DNA from: a virus
Length of the DNA: 64,000 nt
IMG/VR virus record: IMGVR_UViG_3300029892_000002
Direction: 5' to 3' (one strand)
Made by a program: the position numbers and the translations under genes. Of the stretch, positions 9,106 through 17,303 are shown piece by piece (the first letter of the stretch is position 1; each line of letters opens with the position of its first letter). The notes under the pieces were generated by a model, which did not search any database, had not been told where the DNA came from, and was given only the letters and a program-made list of their open reading frames with translations.

Positions 9106-10394
9106 CTAGGATACCCTAGCCAGTAAGATGCGACCAGCCACATCTCCAGGAGCATAGTGGGATACTACCCTCTCTGCCTCCTGGAGGATGTTGATGGCTG
9201 CGTTGAGATCCCTGTCATGGGTCTGGCCACAGTGTGGACATAGCCATGACCTCTCTGACAGCTTAAGCTTCCTATCTAGCCTGAGCCCAGTAACACTGCA
9301 CAGATGGCTGCTTGGGTACCAGACATCCATGTAGACCAGTGTGCAGTGCTGGGACTCGATGGCCTTATAGTTCAGCTTCTGGGTGATGCCAGACCAGGCA
9401 GCATCCATGACGTGTTTGGCCAGTTTGCTGTTACGTGCCATGTTCCCTACACGCAGCTCCTCTAGCCCGATCACTTGGTTATCGTTGACGAGGCGGCGAG
9501 ATATCTGGTGTTGGAAGTCATGGCGGCAGTTAGCTATACGGGAGTGCTGGGCTGCTAGGAGCTGACGAGATTTGATGGAGTTACGGGAGCCTTGCTGCTT
9601 ACGGGAGTGGGATTGTTGTAAGCGGCGTAGCTTACGCTGTGCCGTGACATAGTGGCGGGGGTTGGTGATAGTAGTGCCATCGCTGATAGTGGCTAGGGTT
9701 TTGATACCTAGGTCTATACCTATCCTACCAGTGCCAGAGGTCCTCTTGGGCGTGTACTCACAGGTGTAGGATACGTAGTAACGACCTGTGGAGGTCTTGG
9801 TGATAGTGAGGCTGGATGGGTCTGGTGGGAGCTCTCTGGAGTAGACCACCTTCAGAGGCTCTGGTGATTTGGCGATGAAGAGTTGGCCATCACGGATGTC
9901 GAAGGCTGTTTTCATCAGGCTGAAGGATTGTTGGGAGGTCTTCTTCTTGAAGCTCGGGTAGCCCTTGCGGGTATGGAAGAAGCGTTTGAAGGCTTCTCCC
10001 AGATGGAGCATGGACTGCTGTAGGGCCACGGCTGATACTTCAGAGAGCCAGGTGCTGGCGGGATCGGTTTTGTACCTGGGGAGTCTGGCTACGAAGCCAT
10101 ATCCTGACACATCAGGCCTGATAGGCTCTGGAGTACATGGAGCTTGCTTCATAGCCAGATAGTGGTTATATTCGGCTTTGGCCTCAGCTAGGGCTCGGTT
10201 ATAGACATAGCGACAGCAGCCGAAGGTTCGCTCTAGGAGCTCCTTTTGAGCTGGAGTTGGATAGATGGGGAACTTGAACCCCTTCTTAAGGGGCTTGGTA
10301 GGTGTGGTCATACTAAGCTCCTGTGATAGGGGATGGTGGGATATGGAGTCGCTTATATCCCCAGCCTTAAGTCTGGGGTCTTACGCTCCAAGAG
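8882..10394 (-). mobile_element. IS200/IS605-family element carrying tnpB only (no tnpA)
   Basis: Left-end hairpin GGAGCG-TAAGA-CCCCAG-ACTTAAGG-CTGGGG-ATATAAG-CGACTCC. Right end GGAATCCTC...GAGGAGGATGTCAA. Visibly more GC-rich than the flanks. The left boundary after TTAT is inferred from reading-frame restoration. Confidence 0.85.
9106..10311 (-). CDS. tnpB: RNA-guided endonuclease TnpB
   Basis: HTH (FPIYPTPAQKELLERTFGCCRYVYN). RuvC triad intact: GIDLGIK (D), GLEEL (E), HDRDLNAAINI (D). Zn ribbon CSVTG/CPHCG. Confidence 0.95.
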   Translation of the reverse strand: MTTPTKPLKKGFKFPIYPTPAQKELLERTFGCCRYVYNRALAEAKAEYNHYLAMKQAPCTPEPIRPDVSGYGFVARLPRYKTDPASTWLSEVSAVALQQSMLHLGEAFKRFFHTRKGYPSFKKKTSQQSFSLMKTAFDIRDGQLFIAKSPEPLKVVYSRELPPDPSSLTITKTSTGRYYVSYTCEYTPKRTSGTGRIGIDLGIKTLATISDGTTITNPRHYVTAQRKLRRLQQSHSRKQQGSRNSIKSRQLLAAQHSRIANCRHDFQHQISRRLVNDNQVIGLEELRVGNMARNSKLAKHVMDAAWSGITQKLNYKAIESQHCTLVYMDVWYPSSHLCSVTGLRLDRKLKLSERSWLCPHCGQTHDRDLNAAINILQEAERVVSHYAPGDVAGRILLARVS

Positions 10395-10635
10395 ATAATT
10401 TCAATCCATACATAGGTCCTAACTCTTTGATCTTGTACCAGAGTATCGGATACGAACCTTTGTTGTTTATGAAATTACCACACAGCCATGAGTCCAATGT
10501 ATCTGCTAAAGGGTGGTCTCTATTACTAAACCAAAGCTTTCCTTCATATTCTTTGAAATATTCAGGATTAGTTACCAACAATCTATCGATATCGTTTAAT
10601 ATCTTCAGCAATTCTTCCAGTTTTTCTTGAACCAT
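10381..10635 (-). CDS. Small accessory protein truncated by the tnpB element
   Basis: AGGAG RBS and repeated promoter upstream. The last codons (..CTT GGA GCG TAA) lie inside the IS left end. Confidence 0.7.
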   Translation of the reverse strand: MVQEKLEELLKILNDIDRLLVTNPEYFKEYEGKLWFSNRDHPLADTLDSWLCGNFINNKGSYPILWYKIKELGPMYGLKLSLGA

Positions 10636-10671
10636 TTCCGTCTCCTATTTTAAAGAAAATGATCACACATC

Positions 10672-10697
10672 ACCAAGTATTAAATATATGACCATAC
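10672..10697 (-). promoter_or_regulatory. Putative phage early promoter (copy 4, degenerate)
   Basis: Minus strand GGTATGGTCATATATTTAATACTTGG upstream of 10635. Confidence 0.5.
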
Positions 10698-10743
10698 CTA
10701 ACCACAATAACGGGTTAGGTATGGTCATGATGATGTCCTCTTA

Positions 10744-11454
10744 TCAAGCTCTAAGTAATGTTTCTACATGAGAGGCTTTTTCAGATGGTTGCACTAAGGC
10801 ACTTACAACAGCATCTTGGAAGTATGAACCAGCTAGTTTATTGACAGTTCCTGGAGCAGCATAGAACACGTTACCAACCATACCTATGTAAGCCGGTGTG
10901 TTCTTTTCAACTTCTTGCCTGGTCTTAACGAAATGTCGATACTGGATAGCTCTGTCCTTAGGTGAGCGGCTGATATAAGCGACTAATGCTTCCATGACGC
11001 TATAGTTTTTAGCTACCTCACTATCAGCAAACTCTTTAGCACCATCAAAGATTCTACCTAAGTCCTCATAATCAACATACCAAGGAACATTACCTTTAAG
11101 GAAGAACTCTTCCATGATGTTGAAAATAAGGATAGCCTTACGAACTAGGTTAGTGTTTTCAATGACAGTGCTTCCAGCTTGATAATGGAAGTTGTAGTAT
11201 TCTACACCATCGATCGTGGTTTCAGAAATACGAGATGGGTTAGTTCTGACCATAGATGGCACGCACGATACAGCATATTCATCACCTATGATCAGCGCAT
11301 AGACACCAAATACATATGTCTCATTACCGATTTCAGCCATACCGCGATCCAAGAATCGCTTAGGAAATTGAATGATGCAATCTTTCCTAGTGACAAGAAG
11401 CTGTTCTTTGGTTTCGTGTAGTTGCGATATTACAGCAGATGCATTTCGTTTCAT
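10744..11454 (-). CDS. Conserved phiKZ-like hypothetical protein
   Basis: 236 aa with AAGGA RBS; G.VPWY..YEDL..IF and QYRH motifs recalled from phiKZ-family proteins near the protease. Confidence 0.7.
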   Translation of the reverse strand: MKRNASAVISQLHETKEQLLVTRKDCIIQFPKRFLDRGMAEIGNETYVFGVYALIIGDEYAVSCVPSMVRTNPSRISETTIDGVEYYNFHYQAGSTVIENTNLVRKAILIFNIMEEFFLKGNVPWYVDYEDLGRIFDGAKEFADSEVAKNYSVMEALVAYISRSPKDRAIQYRHFVKTRQEVEKNTPAYIGMVGNVFYAAPGTVNKLAGSYFQDAVVSALVQPSEKASHVETLLRA

Positions 11455-11492
11455 TATTTAGTCCTTTTCAGACAACCACACGATGTTGCTAT

Positions 11493-11738
11493 CTACCAGT
11501 TCTGCTCTTCAACTTCCCTAGCTGCTTCTGGGTTTTGCAATCTACGTAGGTATCTAGTTTCTTCCATCCAACCGCTACTGTCTTTTTCGTATTCTAACCA
11601 TTCTTCTAATTGTTCTGATTTAGCCAGATAGTGATTGTACTTGCCATATAAGGCAACAATAACCAGAAGTAAGACAAATATGATAGCGTACAGTTCGTTG
11701 GGATTAGTTGTCATTTTTAATATCCAATCAGGCATCAA
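11493..11738 (-). CDS. Small membrane-anchored hypothetical protein
   Basis: One hydrophobic segment YAIIFVLLLVIVALY, then a charged C-terminus. Confidence 0.6.
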   Translation of the reverse strand: MMPDWILKMTTNPNELYAIIFVLLLVIVALYGKYNHYLAKSEQLEEWLEYEKDSSGWMEETRYLRRLQNPEAAREVEEQNW

Positions 11739-12042
11739 GGTGAGTGCCAGCAGCTACAGACAATGCCAGAAATAGATCCTGAGCCACACAGATCTTTTCT
11801 CCATTACGGTAGAGCTCATAGCAGTCTACAGGAGTGAATCCCTTACGTACAAAAGTGATCATGGATATATTAAGATCACCATTGAGGATGGATTCAAACC
11901 TAATAACGCCAGCTTTTTTCTCACCTATGGATTGTTCGAGTTGCTTTATAGTAGATACATAGGCATTAAATAGCTTAGTGATTTCTTCTAGTTTGTTGGA
12001 TTTATTAATACCTGCTTTTAAAATACCATCGATGATGTTCAC
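11728..12042 (-). CDS. Hypothetical protein
   Basis: 104 aa, GGAGG RBS, overlaps the next start. Confidence 0.65.
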   Translation of the reverse strand: MNIIDGILKAGINKSNKLEEITKLFNAYVSTIKQLEQSIGEKKAGVIRFESILNGDLNISMITFVRKGFTPVDCYELYRNGEKICVAQDLFLALSVAAGTHLDA

Positions 12043-12096
12043 TTTGAACCTCCAGGTGAAAAAAAAAAACTTGGGCTTAGTAGGCCCAAGTTATGA

Positions 12097-12333
12097 CTAT
12101 CTCCTAACCTTTTTAGCCCGTTTCTTCACAGGCCTTACGCTTCCAGATGCTGGGTCAGGAATGAAATCCACATCAAACTGCTTTGATGCAAACTTCAACG
12201 CTGCCTCGTACTCGGAGGCAGTGAGTTTCTTCTTGATCTCTTTATTGTCATCAGGATCAAGAAGGTCGTTTACAACATGGCCGTATCTTAGCAACACAGC
12301 CGGTGTTAGATTTACTTCTTTAGCTGTTGGCAT
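12097..12333 (-). CDS. Small basic hypothetical protein
   Basis: 78 aa with AAGGGAAG RBS and a K/R-rich tail; followed by a hairpin and T11 terminator (12059-12090). Confidence 0.65.
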   Translation of the reverse strand: MPTAKEVNLTPAVLLRYGHVVNDLLDPDDNKEIKKKLTASEYEAALKFASKQFDVDFIPDPASGSVRPVKKRAKKVRR

Positions 12334-12619
12334 TTTTCTTCCCTTCTGTCATCGTGGCGCCAAATGTAGCTATGGCGCTCATGACAAAAACACCCATCCA
12401 TCCACCGATGGACAGAACTACCAGCGCAACAAACCCCATGGACATCAAACCAGAAATAAGTTTCCGGTTATTTAGCCCGTATTGCACGCAGGCTGCTCCA
12501 AAACCGGCTGTGAAAACAACAGCCGGGTCAAACCCGAAGACCATACCAAGCCAGGCTATGGCAATGAATACACCGACTCCAATCACACCCTTGATGAATC
12601 CACCAAGATAGATCTTCAT
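12320..12619 (-). CDS. Small multi-pass membrane protein
   Basis: 99 aa, 3-4 Gly-rich hydrophobic segments, AGGAG RBS, directly below promoter copy 5. Confidence 0.65.
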   Translation of the reverse strand: MKIYLGGFIKGVIGVGVFIAIAWLGMVFGFDPAVVFTAGFGAACVQYGLNNRKLISGLMSMGFVALVVLSIGGWMGVFVMSAIATFGATMTEGKKNANS

Positions 12620-12645
12620 ACTAGTCTCCTAAAGTTTGGCATAAT

Positions 12646-12687
12646 CGCCTCAAGTATTATATATGTGACCATGATTATATCAGATAT
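12646..12687 (-). promoter_or_regulatory. Putative phage early promoter (copy 5)
   Basis: Plus strand CGCCTCAAGTATTATATATGTGACCATGATTATATCAGATAT. Confidence 0.6.
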
Positions 12688-12721
12688 CCTTCCAAGCCAT
12701 ATAGACTAGGAAGGATATCTA

Positions 12722-13012
12722 TTATAAATCTATGGCGTGTGCGATTATCTCAAGTATGTCATCACTAGCTCTTAGTAGCTGTTTGTAACGATAGAGAGCA
12801 TAGTTTTCTTGCTGTGGGTCTTCAGCTTCAGGAAGTGGGTTGCGCATACGGACTACCAGAGCCTTCTGAACGTCAAGTGCCATAACGTGTCTACCAGTGA
12901 TCCTAGCGGCAACGATATCCCTAGTCAATCTGTCGAAGTATTCAACGAACATACCTTTGGATTTGTTGTTTAGGTTTTCTTTGATTAATATCGTCCGATG
13001 AATCGTGCTCAT
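12722..13012 (-). CDS. Hypothetical protein
   Basis: 96 aa, AGGAGG RBS. Confidence 0.65.
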   Translation of the reverse strand: MSTIHRTILIKENLNNKSKGMFVEYFDRLTRDIVAARITGRHVMALDVQKALVVRMRNPLPEAEDPQQENYALYRYKQLLRASDDILEIIAHAIDL

Positions 13013-13104
13013 TTTTTAAACCCCTCCTGAGATCAAGGATATATACCCAATGGATATCTATATACCTAGCCTTTTAACCAGGCTAGGTATATAGAGTATG
13101 TCAA

Positions 13105-14568
13105 TTAGATCCTATTGGTTACGAACATCTGATCACACAAATAGTCCACGATATAGTGAACTGTAGCGATCAGTGCTGCTTCATTGGGATCGACATCTGG
13201 GTTGATACGAGCCACTTCTTCGATCTCAGACAGGATGAACTCAGCATCGGTATAGTAGAATCTACAACGACAGATAACTTTCATAGCCGTCATGTAGATC
13301 TGTTCGATATCAGAAGGCTTGAGTTCGTCGATCATCTCACCAAGGAGTTTGTTAACAACGGCAGTGTGGTTACCGTGTGTCTGGATATATTCTTTCTCAT
13401 CTTCCGTGGGCTCGTTCATGAGTAGACTGAAGGTAAGTTTCAGACCAACCTTAGCTGTGTTTAATCTTTGGTTAGCTTGAGCATTATGGTAGAACAGGCT
13501 ATAGGACTCCCATTCTTTCTGAAGACGGACTTCATTCTCTTTGAGTTTTTCAATGGTCCGATATTCAAGACCAAGACTCAAAAGAGCGAAGAGGAATTCA
13601 GTACGACCACCATCTTCAAGCCACTTACGGAAGACAGGACCAAACACACAGATAGTCTTGGTGCTGCTGGAGACCTCAAGAACAACGGTCTGATTCTTAA
13701 CCAAGAGATCCAGGTGGTTCATATAGGCAGCCAATACAGCTCCAGCAAAGTTCCTGTACTCAGCAACAAGGTTATTCTTAGCAGCTGTAGACATCTGCAC
13801 ATCATCAGACAGCCCAGTCTCTTTGTTATAGACAGCGTTAGCAACCAGGAAAATAATCAAAGCCTCATTCATATTGCATTGAGGCTGAAGACGATTCCTG
13901 AATGCATCAGCAAGAGCACCTGGACTAAACATAAGCTTCTTAGCTACTTCAGCATAGCCTTCTTGTTTGGTAGAAGTATACCAAGCAGCGATGTGTTTAT
14001 CAACTTCACCATCACCAGTCAGGATGAAGTTAAGCAATTCTTCATCATTACCAATCTGGATAGGACAGGCAGTCTGAGGACGAATAGCGTCGATGTTCTT
14101 GATATCCTGATATTTCTTAACAGTCTCAAGAAACACCATGTCTTCCAAAGGTTGAGGAAGTTCAAACGTCTCTACGTTGTACTGAGATTCAGGACCAGGA
14201 CATTGAGCAGACTGCATGTATATCTGAAAACGCTCGGCATAGTCCATCACCAGAGGCTTGACGACGTTCTTAGCAAACTTCAAATGAGACGATACAGCAG
14301 CTTTAACATCGTTCAAGAACCCATCCATCATGGCGTCATGCTGGGTAGGAGTGTCGAAGTTAAAAGTAGCATTCTCAAGCAACTTTGCAAAACCAGCCGT
14401 ATCGAGATCGTCAGTTTTAGTAAGGATACCGGAATTCAAAAGCATGCCATTGGTAACACGATCAAGTTCACTCAAGACAGTGTTGGGTTTAGCATGAACA
14501 GCCAAAGATTTCGACGCGAGATCTTCGGCAAGAGGCATAGCGGAAGTAACAGCGTAACTAGACAGCAA
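13105..14568 (-). CDS. Conserved phiKZ-like protein downstream of vRNAP beta
   Basis: 487 aa; TTG start after AAGGAG; C-terminal C..RFYYTDAE.IL motif. Function unknown. Confidence 0.7.
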   Translation of the reverse strand: MLSSYAVTSAMPLAEDLASKSLAVHAKPNTVLSELDRVTNGMLLNSGILTKTDDLDTAGFAKLLENATFNFDTPTQHDAMMDGFLNDVKAAVSSHLKFAKNVVKPLVMDYAERFQIYMQSAQCPGPESQYNVETFELPQPLEDMVFLETVKKYQDIKNIDAIRPQTACPIQIGNDEELLNFILTGDGEVDKHIAAWYTSTKQEGYAEVAKKLMFSPGALADAFRNRLQPQCNMNEALIIFLVANAVYNKETGLSDDVQMSTAAKNNLVAEYRNFAGAVLAAYMNHLDLLVKNQTVVLEVSSSTKTICVFGPVFRKWLEDGGRTEFLFALLSLGLEYRTIEKLKENEVRLQKEWESYSLFYHNAQANQRLNTAKVGLKLTFSLLMNEPTEDEKEYIQTHGNHTAVVNKLLGEMIDELKPSDIEQIYMTAMKVICRCRFYYTDAEFILSEIEEVARINPDVDPNEAALIATVHYIVDYLCDQMFVTNRI

Positions 14569-14700
14569 TTTCTTTCTCCTTTATTCAAAGAGGTCCTAGC
14601 CTCACGGCTAAGTATTCCTGCTTCATAGAGTGGTCTTACTGCACCAGCATCTCCACAGGCTTAACATCCCGTGCATTTCACACGGTAGGGTATTGTTCGG
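14564..14700 (-). ncRNA. TnpB omegaRNA-like scaffold 2, lacking the canonical TCAA end
   Basis: ACCGTGTGAAATGCACGGGA..GCCTGTGGAGA..CTCTATGAAGCAGGAA, then hairpin CTTAGCC-GTGA-GGCTAGG, then ..TTTGAA TAAAGGAGAAAGAAATTG (RBS and start of the next gene). Boundaries are approximate. Confidence 0.6.
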
Positions 14701-14702
14701 AA

Positions 14703-15890
14703 CTACGCCATGTAGTCGCGCGTAAGGATGATCATAGCCCGAGGATCCAAGATATGACTCATCGCTAGTGTACGTTCGGCTAGCTGACGTAGGTTTTGAG
14801 AGGCGTTGTCGTCCCTCTCATGACGTGTACCACAGTGCTCGCAAGTCCACTCTCTGACAGACAGACCTAGTTTCTTTGACGGTCTACTACCACACACATG
14901 ACACTCTTGCGTGCTAGGATAGTAACGGTCTGCTATGATGAGTCGACAGTGTTGCGAGGCTATACATTTATACTCCAGCATCCTTCTGAACATACCCCAT
15001 CCTGCTGTCATGATGTGTTTGGATAGATGGCGGTTACGAACCATATTACCTACAGCAAGGTCCTCTATGCAGATCGCTTGGTTCTCGCGAACGAGTGCGG
15101 TTGAGAGCTTGTGAAGGTGGTCCTTCCTCTGGTTAGCTATATGTTGATGACACTTAGCTACCTTTAGACGGGCTTTGTTACGGTTGTTGGAGCCTTTTTG
15201 TTTACGACTTAACCTACGTTGTAACATACCTAACCTTCGTTGAGAGGCTAGGTAGTGGCGTGGGTTAGGTATCGTGATACCATTAGACATAGTGGCCAGG
15301 TCTGTGATACCTAGATCTATACCTATTATACCAGTACCTGTGGTTTTAACTGGCTCGTATTCACATAGGAAGCTAGCGTAAAACTCTCCAGTAGGAGTCA
15401 TGGTGATCGTGACCTGAGATGGAGCCGATGGTAGATCACGAGACCATAGGACTTTGATAGGTAGAGGGCATTTACGGATATGAAGCATGTCGTTACGGAT
15501 ACTGAAATCCTGCTTATCTAATCTGAATGAGCCTCCATCGGTTTTCTTCTTGAACTTCGGATAACCTGTCTTTTTCTTACGCCCTCGACTAAAAAAGTTC
15601 TGGAAAGCTCTGCCTAAGTCCTGAATTTTTTGATTACATGCAGCCGCTGGGACTTCTTGCAACCATGTCATATCAGAATCGTTTCGAAGATACTTAATTC
15701 TAAGACATAAGGCATATGGAGATAGGTTTGGTTTTGGTATAGATGCATTGGCTATGTGGTCTTGATATTCTCGCCTTACCCGAGCCAGGATCTCATTGTA
15801 GATCCATCTTGTACCACCAATATACTTGCGTAAATAAATTACAGCTTCTAAAGATGGCCTAAGTCGTTCTCGATAGGCTTTTTTATGCAC
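14703..15890 (-). CDS. tnpB: RNA-guided endonuclease TnpB (second copy, no transposon ends seen)
   Basis: RuvC triad intact: GIDLGITD (D), CIEDL (E), HERDDNAS (D). CHVCG/CEHCG Zn ribbon. GTG start 8 nt after the upstream stop codon. Confidence 0.95.
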   Translation of the reverse strand: MHKKAYRERLRPSLEAVIYLRKYIGGTRWIYNEILARVRREYQDHIANASIPKPNLSPYALCLRIKYLRNDSDMTWLQEVPAAACNQKIQDLGRAFQNFFSRGRKKKTGYPKFKKKTDGGSFRLDKQDFSIRNDMLHIRKCPLPIKVLWSRDLPSAPSQVTITMTPTGEFYASFLCEYEPVKTTGTGIIGIDLGITDLATMSNGITIPNPRHYLASQRRLGMLQRRLSRKQKGSNNRNKARLKVAKCHQHIANQRKDHLHKLSTALVRENQAICIEDLAVGNMVRNRHLSKHIMTAGWGMFRRMLEYKCIASQHCRLIIADRYYPSTQECHVCGSRPSKKLGLSVREWTCEHCGTRHERDDNASQNLRQLAERTLAMSHILDPRAMIILTRDYMA

Positions 15891-15898
15891 TTTGATCC

Positions 15899-16102
15899 TT
15901 ACTCAGTCGGCTTGAGTTTGCTAATATTACGCTGCATGCGCGAAACCACCAAACAACGCACAGCTTCAGAAGTAAGTGCGCTCTTATTGATGGACTGAGC
16001 GATATCGCCACCGGCGAGATCTTTAACGATCCGAGTAGCCAGATCTGCTGCATTGCCGAGCGTCACTACAGACGCACGAGCACGTTCAATTTCGATAGAC
16101 AT
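15899..16102 (-). CDS. Small hypothetical protein
   Basis: 67 aa, GGAG RBS, biased codon usage. Confidence 0.7.
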   Translation of the reverse strand: MSIEIERARASVVTLGNAADLATRIVKDLAGGDIAQSINKSALTSEAVRCLVVSRMQRNISKLKPTE

Positions 16103-16184
16103 TGTAATGTTCTCCAGTTAGAGGACTTATCACTTAACCAAATGATGGCCGATCCCAGAGAGAAGTCTCTCTGGGACCAGGCTA

Positions 16185-17303
16185 TTAACTACGATATAAC
16201 TGTATGGCTTTCTTGGCCACTTGGTCTAATAGCACAGAACAAGTACCAATAGCTAATGGTGAAAGTGTAATACGTTTACCGATGGACATATAACTAAAGA
16301 TCGCATCGATGGTTTCGCCTCTTTCCGTCTTCATGTCATATGACATGACTTCAGACACAACCGATTTAAGCTGGTTAGCAAACACCACCTTATCGCCGAG
16401 TTGTGCTTTGTCGTTGATGATGATGTAGACTTTTATGACGGCTGTGTCAACATGTAAAGGTTTACCTTCAACACGGAATTCTTCATTCACACGTCCGTCT
16501 TTAATGACATGATCTGTGTTCTTCGTACGTTCTAACATCTGCTTGTTTGAATAACTAGCTAGTTTACGTAACGAAGGTGTCATGTCTTCTAGATCACCAT
16601 TGTAATAAACTTCATATCTATCTATCTTACCATTAACCTTAGCCTTAGGAGCTAGATTAGATAGCCTAGACAGAGCTTCAATGGTATCTGAGTCGAATAC
16701 ATCTAAGCCACTAGTGATAGCGTCTTCGATGATAAAGATTATGTCATTAGGCTTAACTTCTGTACCAGGATTAGTGACGTTCCTGATGCTCTGATTGAAG
16801 TTTATTATGAATGACTTTTCCTTAACAACTCTAGTACTAAGTCTCTGAGATAGATTTGGTGTTATGCTATCAGAATCCTCAAGGGTCTGAGTAGTGTCCA
16901 TGATAGCTACTTTGGCTTTCAATGAGGTCTTCATGATGATCTGTTTAGGATTCATGAAATCAGGTTCAAAGAAGCCTGTGTTATAAGCGATCGGATCATT
17001 CTTCTTAAAAGACTGACCTTGTTTAAGAGGTGTAGCTATTTCATGAGGATACAGAGATCCTTCTGAACGACCGTATTGTGTACCGATCTGAATACCTACA
17101 CGTTCTTTGTTCTTATACTCTATTGTGATTACTTTATCAGTCAGTTCTATGACTTTACCGTCATCCTGAGCCATATATGCATAGAGTTTACCAACCCTAA
17201 AAGGCATGACTGATTCATAACCAGTTCTGATTTGAGGTTGGTGATATCCCTCACATGCAACAGTATGACTATTCTGGATTGACACAAAATTCACTCTTTT
17301 TGG
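16185..17303 (-). CDS. rpoB: Virion RNA polymerase beta subunit N-part (phiKZ gp178-like), exon 2
   Basis: PKRVNFVSIQNSH...IRTGYE...GDKVVFANQLKSV (beta GDK motif). Joins in frame to exon 1. Confidence 0.9.
   Translation of the reverse strand, partial: PKRVNFVSIQNSHTVACEGYHQPQIRTGYESVMPFRVGKLYAYMAQDDGKVIELTDKVITIEYKNKERVGIQIGTQYGRSEGSLYPHEIATPLKQGQSFKKNDPIAYNTGFFEPDFMNPKQIIMKTSLKAKVAIMDTTQTLEDSDSITPNLSQRLSTRVVKEKSFIINFNQSIRNVTNPGTEVKPNDIIFIIEDAITSGLDVFDSDTIEALSRLSNLAPKAKVNGKIDRYEVYYNGDLEDMTPSLRKLASYSNKQMLERTKNTDHVIKDGRVNEEFRVEGKPLHVDTAVIKVYIIINDKAQLGDKVVFANQLKSVVSEVMSYDMKTERGETIDAIFSYMSIGKRITLSPLAIGTCSVLLDQVAKKAIQLYRS

Noticed and set aside
8882-10394. tnpB element as an IStron (group I intron-IS hybrid)
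   Set aside because: Only about 80 nt separate the left end from the tnpB start, and no P/Q/R/S core motifs are present.
12059-12069. A11 and A10 (21989-21998) tracts as phase-variation or frameshift sites
   Set aside because: Both are intergenic and form the U-tails of minus-strand terminator hairpins.
16185-17294. 369-aa ORF as an independent gene, or the RNAP beta gene as a pseudogene
   Set aside because: No RBS before the GTG; the group I intron explains the split and splicing restores the frame.
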